A stretch of DNA of 34,399 bases from NCBI GenBank assembly GCA_028280085.1, contig JANQMK010000258.1, forward strand, positions 1 through 34,399, in the 5' to 3' direction. Positions 29,036 through 34,399 of the stretch are shown one piece after another. A program made the position numbers and the translations under genes. Below the pieces are notes generated by a model that ran no database searches, was not told where the DNA came from, and worked only from the letters and a program-made list of their open reading frames with translations. Source of the stretch: Pseudomonadales bacterium (lineage in GTDB: Bacteria > Pseudomonadota > Gammaproteobacteria > Pseudomonadales > JANQMK01). How positions within the stretch are numbered: position 1 is the first letter of the stretch; every line of letters starts with the position of its first letter.

Positions 29036-29524
29036 GTGATCGATTCAGATGGTTTTCGTCCCAATGTAGGCATTATGTTAGCCAATAATGATGGCCAAGT
29101 CCTGTGGGCAAAACGTATCGGGCAAGATGCTTGGCAGTTTCCGCAAGGCGGTATTAGGGAAAAAGAAACACCTGAAGAAGCCCTTTATCGCGAACTCTAT
29201 GAAGAAGTAGGATTGGATGAATCTCATGTTCAGTTAATGGGGTGTACTAGAGGATGGTTGCGCTATCGCTTGCCTAAGCGTTTGGTGCGCAAAGACACGG
29301 ATCCGGTTTGTGTAGGACAGAAACAAAAGTGGTTTTTACTCCGTATGTTGGCATCTGATCAAGCGGTTAGGTTTGATAGCTCACCTGAACCCGAATTTGA
29401 TTATTGGCGCTGGGTGAGTTACTGGTATCCTCTCGGTCAGGTGGTGTCGTTTAAGCGTGAAGTTTACCGCAGAGCCATGAAAGAGCTGTCGTTAGAAATA
29501 CAGAAGTTTGTTAATATCAAGTAA
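29036..29524 (+). CDS. rppH: RNA pyrophosphohydrolase (Nudix)
   Basis: [19 protein letters not shown]...[12 protein letters not shown] (Nudix box) and GQKQKWF. Confidence 0.98.
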   Translation: MIDSDGFRPNVGIMLANNDGQVLWAKRIGQDAWQFPQGGIREKETPEEALYRELYEEVGLDESHVQLMGCTRGWLRYRLPKRLVRKDTDPVCVGQKQKWFLLRMLASDQAVRFDSSPEPEFDYWRWVSYWYPLGQVVSFKREVYRRAMKELSLEIQKFVNIK

Positions 29525-29696
29525 CTATTATTTATTACTCTTAGTCACTACCTTTAATGAGATGTAGTATTATTGTTTGTACTATAAGCAAATGAGTAAG
29601 AAATTAACGCTTATACTTATAATAATGACAAGTGATAGCGGCAGGTGGTTGACACAAATAAATTGGCCAAAAACTAAAGATAACGAACGGTTGTGA

Positions 29697-31970
29697 ATGA
29701 AGATGCTTAACTCCCTGAGGAGCATAGTACAGGAGGTTAATAGCGCCAAGGATCTTAATGGGGCCTTGGGTATCATTGTTAAACGTGTACGTGAGGCAAT
29801 GAATACTGACGTGTGTTCCGTTTATCTGCTGGATCCGTTAACCGAACGTTATGTGTTTATGGCCACAGAAGGGCTAAAACAAGATGCTATCAAGAAGGTC
29901 AGCCTCTCATTATCTGAAGGATTAGTGGGGCTAGTCGCAAGCCGCGAAGAGCCGATCAATCTTGAAGACGCACAAAACCATCCTCGCTTTGTTTACTTTC
30001 CGCTGACCGGCGAAGAGCGATTTAATTCCTTTCTTGGTGTACCCATTATTCATCAGCGCAAAGTATTAGGCGTTTTGATTGTTCAACAAAAAGAACAACG
30101 TAAGTTCGATGAGGGCGAAGAGGCATTTTTGGTAACTATGTCTGCTCAGCTCGCTGGGGTAATTGCCCATGCTGAAGCTACCGGCGGCTTGGATTCAATG
30201 GACGTAGAAGCGCGCAAACGTGAAATGGTATTTAAGGGAGTAGTGGGATGTCAGGGGATTGCCATTGGCGATGTTGTTGTTATGTCACCCAAGGCCGATT
30301 TGAGCGTAGTACCCAATCAGCCTTGCGATGATATTGTTGAAGAACTAAAGTTTTTTCGTTCCTGTATTCAGGCCGTGCGCGAGGATATTGAGAGTTTAGG
30401 CAAAAAACTTGCGTCCCATTTGAATCAAGAAGAGCGTGCGCTATTTGACGTATATCTACGCATGTTAGATGACGGTGCTATAGGCGGTGAAGTCGAAACT
30501 TTAATAAAAAAAGGCGTTAATGCACAAGGTGCCCTCAGTGAGGTCATACTCTCCCATGTTGAAACCTTTAGTATGATGGATGACGAGTACTTGCGTGAGC
30601 GCGCAGCCGATGTTAAAGATCTTGGGCTCAGGGTGTTGGCATATTTGCAAGAGTCAGAATGTAGTGAACTAGACTACCCTGACAATACCATCTTGGTTGG
30701 TGAAGAGCTAACAGCCTCTATGTTAGGTGAGGTACCTAAAGATAAACTCGTAGGTATTATCTCCGTACAAGGGTCGAGTAATTCTCATGTCGCTATTTTA
30801 GCGCGTGCGATGGACATTCCTACGGTTATGGGGGCTGTGGACTTGCCTTACAAACAAATGGGCAAGCTAAATGTAGTTATTGATGGTTACAATGGCGTTG
30901 TATACTCAGCCCCTTCTGCTGAAAGGCTCAAACACTATCAGCGTATTTATCATGAAGATAAACAGCTGATTGAAGGCTTAGATGCGCTAACCGATAAACC
31001 TTGTGTTACGCCAGACAATCATAATGTCGCACTGTGGGTAAATACTGGTTTAATGGCTGATGTCTTCCGGTCTCTTGATCGAGGCGCTGAGGGTGTGGGT
31101 TTATTCCGCACTGAGATCCCTTTTTTATTGCGAGAACGTTTTCCTAGCGAAGAAGAGCAACGTATTATCTATCGTGAACAGTTAGAAGCGTTTGCGCCGA
31201 TGGTGGTGACCATGCGTACCTTGGATGTAGGGGGTGACAAGTCACTGCCTTACTTCCCTATTGAAGAAGACAATCCGTTTCTTGGGTGGCGCGGCATAAG
31301 AGTGACTTTAGATCATCCGGAAATATTTCTCGTTCAGGTAAGAGCGATGCTAAAGGCGAGTGAAGGTTTAGATAACTTGCGCATTATGTTACCGATGGTT
31401 TGTAATATGTCTGAGTTAGAAAGCGCGTTATATTTGATTCATCGTGCTCATACTGAGATTGAAGAAGAGGGATTTAATGTTAATTTGCCGCCATTGGGTG
31501 TAATGATTGAAGTGCCTGCTGCTGTTTATCAAGCAAAGAGTATTGCTCAACGCGTTGATTTTTTGTCGGTGGGTAGTAATGACTTGACACAGTATTTGCT
31601 AGCAGTTGATCGCAATAATTCTCGTGTTGCCGATCTATATCATTCGTTCCATCCAGCGGTTTTACAAGCTTTACAGAAAGTGGTGGATGCTGCTCATGAG
31701 GTGGGTAAGCCAGTCAGCATATGTGGAGAGTTGGCAGGAGATCCTGGCGCTGCGCTATTGTTAATGGCCATGGGTTTTGACATATTGTCTATGAGTGCAA
31801 CGAATTTACCCAAAGTCAAATCAGTTATCCGCAAGATTACCTTAGATAAGTCGAAACAGGTTCTCGCCGAGGTTATGCAGATGGACGATGCCCATGTGAT
31901 TATGAGTCACATTGAATTGCTACTTGAGCAAGAGGGTATTTCTCGAGTGTTTCGCCCTGCGGCGGTTTAA
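29697..31970 (+). CDS. ptsP: Nitrogen PTS enzyme I (GAF plus EI domains)
   Basis: N-terminal GAF domain, GSSNSHVAILARA (phospho-His), GLFRTE, NPFLGWRGIR and SVGSNDLTQY. Start is 29697 or 29703. Confidence 0.97.
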   Translation: MKMLNSLRSIVQEVNSAKDLNGALGIIVKRVREAMNTDVCSVYLLDPLTERYVFMATEGLKQDAIKKVSLSLSEGLVGLVASREEPINLEDAQNHPRFVYFPLTGEERFNSFLGVPIIHQRKVLGVLIVQQKEQRKFDEGEEAFLVTMSAQLAGVIAHAEATGGLDSMDVEARKREMVFKGVVGCQGIAIGDVVVMSPKADLSVVPNQPCDDIVEELKFFRSCIQAVREDIESLGKKLASHLNQEERALFDVYLRMLDDGAIGGEVETLIKKGVNAQGALSEVILSHVETFSMMDDEYLRERAADVKDLGLRVLAYLQESECSELDYPDNTILVGEELTASMLGEVPKDKLVGIISVQGSSNSHVAILARAMDIPTVMGAVDLPYKQMGKLNVVIDGYNGVVYSAPSAERLKHYQRIYHEDKQLIEGLDALTDKPCVTPDNHNVALWVNTGLMADVFRSLDRGAEGVGLFRTEIPFLLRERFPSEEEQRIIYREQLEAFAPMVVTMRTLDVGGDKSLPYFPIEEDNPFLGWRGIRVTLDHPEIFLVQVRAMLKASEGLDNLRIMLPMVCNMSELESALYLIHRAHTEIEEEGFNVNLPPLGVMIEVPAAVYQAKSIAQRVDFLSVGSNDLTQYLLAVDRNNSRVADLYHSFHPAVLQALQKVVDAAHEVGKPVSICGELAGDPGAALLLMAMGFDILSMSATNLPKVKSVIRKITLDKSKQVLAEVMQMDDAHVIMSHIELLLEQEGISRVFRPAAV

Positions 31971-32035
31971 TTAGGTGATTGACGGAGTCTGCATAAGCGA
32001 CGATTTTTCGTGTTTAGGTTTAGTTATTGGCTAGA

Positions 32036-32812
32036 CTAGCCGTCTAGTTTGGGCGCAATGGTAATGTCAAATTGTAGGGCAGCGGGCAGTGGTTGTCCTT
32101 TTTCTACGGTTAATTCTGAAAAACTGATATGGCCATCATCTGAATATATTAGCGACGTACAGGCGCGTGTACCATAATGCTCGCTGCGAATGAAAATGGG
32201 GCTAAGCATACGTTCTAGTTCAATATCGATGTGAGTATTAGGCAGTCTTTTATCGTCAGGCCGCCATTCGTCTTGCAATAGTTGTTGCAGTTGTCGGTGG
32301 TTAGGCGAGCGTAATTGTCTTGCCAGTAGCTTTTTGCCTTTCTCCACTTTTGGCCAAGGCGAGTTGATCAGATGGTTGCTCAGGCCATATAACCCAGGCG
32401 ATAACGTTAAGCATGGCATATCTGCTCGATTGGATAAGTAGACTAAGTTATCTAAATCGCCAACCAAGAGGCTAAAGCCCGCATATTGTTGTGACTGCGC
32501 TAATAGGCTCCTGGCGAAGGTCTGCGGAGAATCAGTTGAGGTTAAAAAATCAAGGGTGAGTTTGCCGCGGGAGATGCTATTGAGTTGTTGGCTACTGCCA
32601 TCACGGAAATTAGTAACAGCGGCGAATCTCCCTGCCCTAGTGACACCTAACCAAGTTCCATTAGCTTGTAGATCCCTGCCTGCTAACAGGTCGGAGTGTT
32701 CCGGCCAGAATTCAGCCGGTCGCGTTGGGCGACTGTAGAATTCATCGCGGTTAGCAGCCAGTACCAAAGGATAGCCTTGCTCCATTTTATACGCGAACAG
32801 GATAAGACACAT
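32036..32812 (-). CDS. NRDE/TANGO2 family protein
   Basis: MCLI start, AANRDEFYSRPT, GTWLG, LSNHL, WPKV and YGTR. Confidence 0.93.
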   Translation of the reverse strand: MCLILFAYKMEQGYPLVLAANRDEFYSRPTRPAEFWPEHSDLLAGRDLQANGTWLGVTRAGRFAAVTNFRDGSSQQLNSISRGKLTLDFLTSTDSPQTFARSLLAQSQQYAGFSLLVGDLDNLVYLSNRADMPCLTLSPGLYGLSNHLINSPWPKVEKGKKLLARQLRSPNHRQLQQLLQDEWRPDDKRLPNTHIDIELERMLSPIFIRSEHYGTRACTSLIYSDDGHISFSELTVEKGQPLPAALQFDITIAPKLDG

Positions 32813-32960
32813 AATCTTTTCACCATGTCATTTTAATTGAAATAGGCTAGTCTGGCACAAACATCAAACAATAACATGATCTAGTAAGATATTTTCAGGT
32901 CATTTATAGCTGTGAAATGGTAGGATACGCCTTTTTATAACGCCTGATAGGAAAATAACT

Positions 32961-33752
32961 TTGCTCCTAGCTACTTATTTGCTAATTGGCGCTATTGCAG
33001 GATTGTTGGCAGGATTGTTTGGGGTTGGCGGTGGTATCGTTATTGTTCCAGTGCTGCTGATTAGTTTTGACTGGCAGCAGTTCCCTGTGGAAGTATTGTC
33101 CCATATGGCGATCGGTACTTCGTTGGGTGCCATTATTGTTACTTCGATAAGTTCAATTATTGCTCATCAAAGAAAACAGGCAATTGATTGGCCTTTGTTT
33201 TGGCGATTAGCTCCCGCTGTTTGTATTGGAGTATTTTTGGGTGTTAATACAGCTGAGGCATTGAGTAGTGTGTTATTGCGACGCGCCTTCGCTGTATTCG
33301 CCGTGTTAGTAGGTATTCAGATGTTAGCAGGTGTGATGCCTGCGGCCCATCGTGCACTACCTGGTCGTTACGGTCTGAGTGTGGTTGGGACTGTGATTGG
33401 CTGGTTTTCGGCGTTATTTGGCGTTGGAGGTGGTTCTTTGTCAGTGCCTTATATGAGCTGGTGCAATGTACCCATGCAAAGAGCTGTTGCAACTTCCGCG
33501 GCAGTTGGTTTACCTATCGCTATTGTTGGAGCAGTGACCAATATCGGCGTGGGTTGGGATAGACCAGGGCTGCCTGAATGGAGCCTCGGGTTTATCTATT
33601 TACCCGCTCTTTGTGGCATTGTGATTAGCAGTGCCATCTTTGCGCGTTTTGGGGCAAAATTAGCGCATAGCTTGCCATCAGATCGATTAAAACAATGTTT
33701 TGGTTTGCTTTTGGTAGCGGTTGGTGCCCATTTACTTATTAGTCAGTTTTAA
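32961..33752 (+). CDS. Sulfite exporter TauE/SafE family membrane protein
   Basis: Two GLFGVGGG-type motifs, AIGTSL and AVATSAA; multiple hydrophobic segments; TTG start. Confidence 0.9.
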   Translation: MLLATYLLIGAIAGLLAGLFGVGGGIVIVPVLLISFDWQQFPVEVLSHMAIGTSLGAIIVTSISSIIAHQRKQAIDWPLFWRLAPAVCIGVFLGVNTAEALSSVLLRRAFAVFAVLVGIQMLAGVMPAAHRALPGRYGLSVVGTVIGWFSALFGVGGGSLSVPYMSWCNVPMQRAVATSAAVGLPIAIVGAVTNIGVGWDRPGLPEWSLGFIYLPALCGIVISSAIFARFGAKLAHSLPSDRLKQCFGLLLVAVGAHLLISQF

Positions 33753-33790
33753 CTATATCAATTCTACCGCTTAGCAAAAATGAGGTATAC

Positions 33791-34399
33791 ATGCTTACTT
33801 ATCCCCAGATTGACCCGGTTGCGATTAGCCTTGGACCGCTTAAGGTGCACTGGTATGGCATAGCCTATGTTGTGGGTTTCGCACTAGCCTATTTTATTGG
33901 CTGTGCTCGAGCACGCAAAGCCGCCTCTCCCGTTAAAGAAGAACAAGTAGAAGAGTTAGTTCTATATGTTGCTATTGGCCTATTGCTAGGCGCTCGGGCT
34001 GGCTACGTATTATTTTATAACTTTGATAAGTTCCTGGCAGACCCTTTGTGGTTATTTGCTGTATGGCAAGGTGGGATGTCATTTCACGGCGGATTTATTG
34101 GCGGATTTATTTCCCTGCTTATATACAGCAAGAAAAACAATATTCCACTGTTTAGATTGACGGATTTTATTACTCCTCTAGTGCCGTTAGGCATCGGTTG
34201 TGGACGGCTTGGTAATTTTATTGGGCAAGAGCTTTGGGGGCGGGAAACAACGGTACCTTGGGGTATGGTTTTTCCCGCTGATCCACAACAATTGGTGCGC
34301 CACCCTTCGCAGTTATATGAAGCGTTTTTGGAAGGCCTAGTATTATTTTTTATTCTGTTTTTCTATTCAAGCAAACCACGTCCCACGCTGTCGGTCATG
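33791..34399 (+). CDS. lgt: Prolipoprotein diacylglyceryl transferase, 3' end runs off the window
   Basis: Manual translation: MLTYPQIDPVAISLGPLKVHWYG, GARAGYVLFY, WQGGMSFHGG, GRLGNFIGQELWGR and RHPSQLYE; GAGG RBS. Confidence 0.97.
   Translation, partial: MLTYPQIDPVAISLGPLKVHWYGIAYVVGFALAYFIGCARARKAASPVKEEQVEELVLYVAIGLLLGARAGYVLFYNFDKFLADPLWLFAVWQGGMSFHGGFIGGFISLLIYSKKNNIPLFRLTDFITPLVPLGIGCGRLGNFIGQELWGRETTVPWGMVFPADPQQLVRHPSQLYEAFLEGLVLFFILFFYSSKPRPTLSVM

Noticed and set aside
1-34399. CRISPR array, prophage, integron, tRNA/rRNA or defence island
   Set aside because: I saw no regularly spaced repeat-spacer array, no integrase, transposase or phage genes and no tRNA/rRNA-like sequence; nearly all coding space is accounted for by housekeeping genes.

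Overview
A largely housekeeping stretch of a gammaproteobacterial chromosome, with Pseudomonadales/Oceanospirillales/Cellvibrionales-like gene order (inferred from gene content only). Left to right: an ahcY(partial)-metK-sahR operon divergent from tkt-epd-pgk-fba; an alpha/beta hydrolase; a D-2-hydroxyglutarate-dehydrogenase-like gene and an FAH-family gene; ibpA with a sigma32 promoter and ROSE-like thermometer; two tandem paralogous LRR lipoproteins; rpiA and ilvA; ygfA-6S RNA-zapA-TIGR02449; ygfB-pepP-ubiH-ubiI; a stand-alone gcvH; an RlmI-like methyltransferase; and a HAD phosphatase-rppH-ptsP-NRDE-TauE-lgt(partial) block. I saw no transposase, integrase, reverse transcriptase, CRISPR array, tRNA or rRNA. 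The only clearly accessory element, and the best candidate for an undescribed system, is the pair of internalin-like LRR lipoproteins (14023-16291). They keep a conserved scaffold but differ sharply in a cysteine-bounded loop and in LRR concave-face residues, and show signs of repeat-module shuffling. Other notable signals are three phased 20-bp operator-like palindromes upstream of sahR, a 38-bp IS5-end-like element flanked by TTAA at the ilvA stop, and a loopless 50-bp perfect palindrome after gcvH. No novel system is proven from sequence alone.
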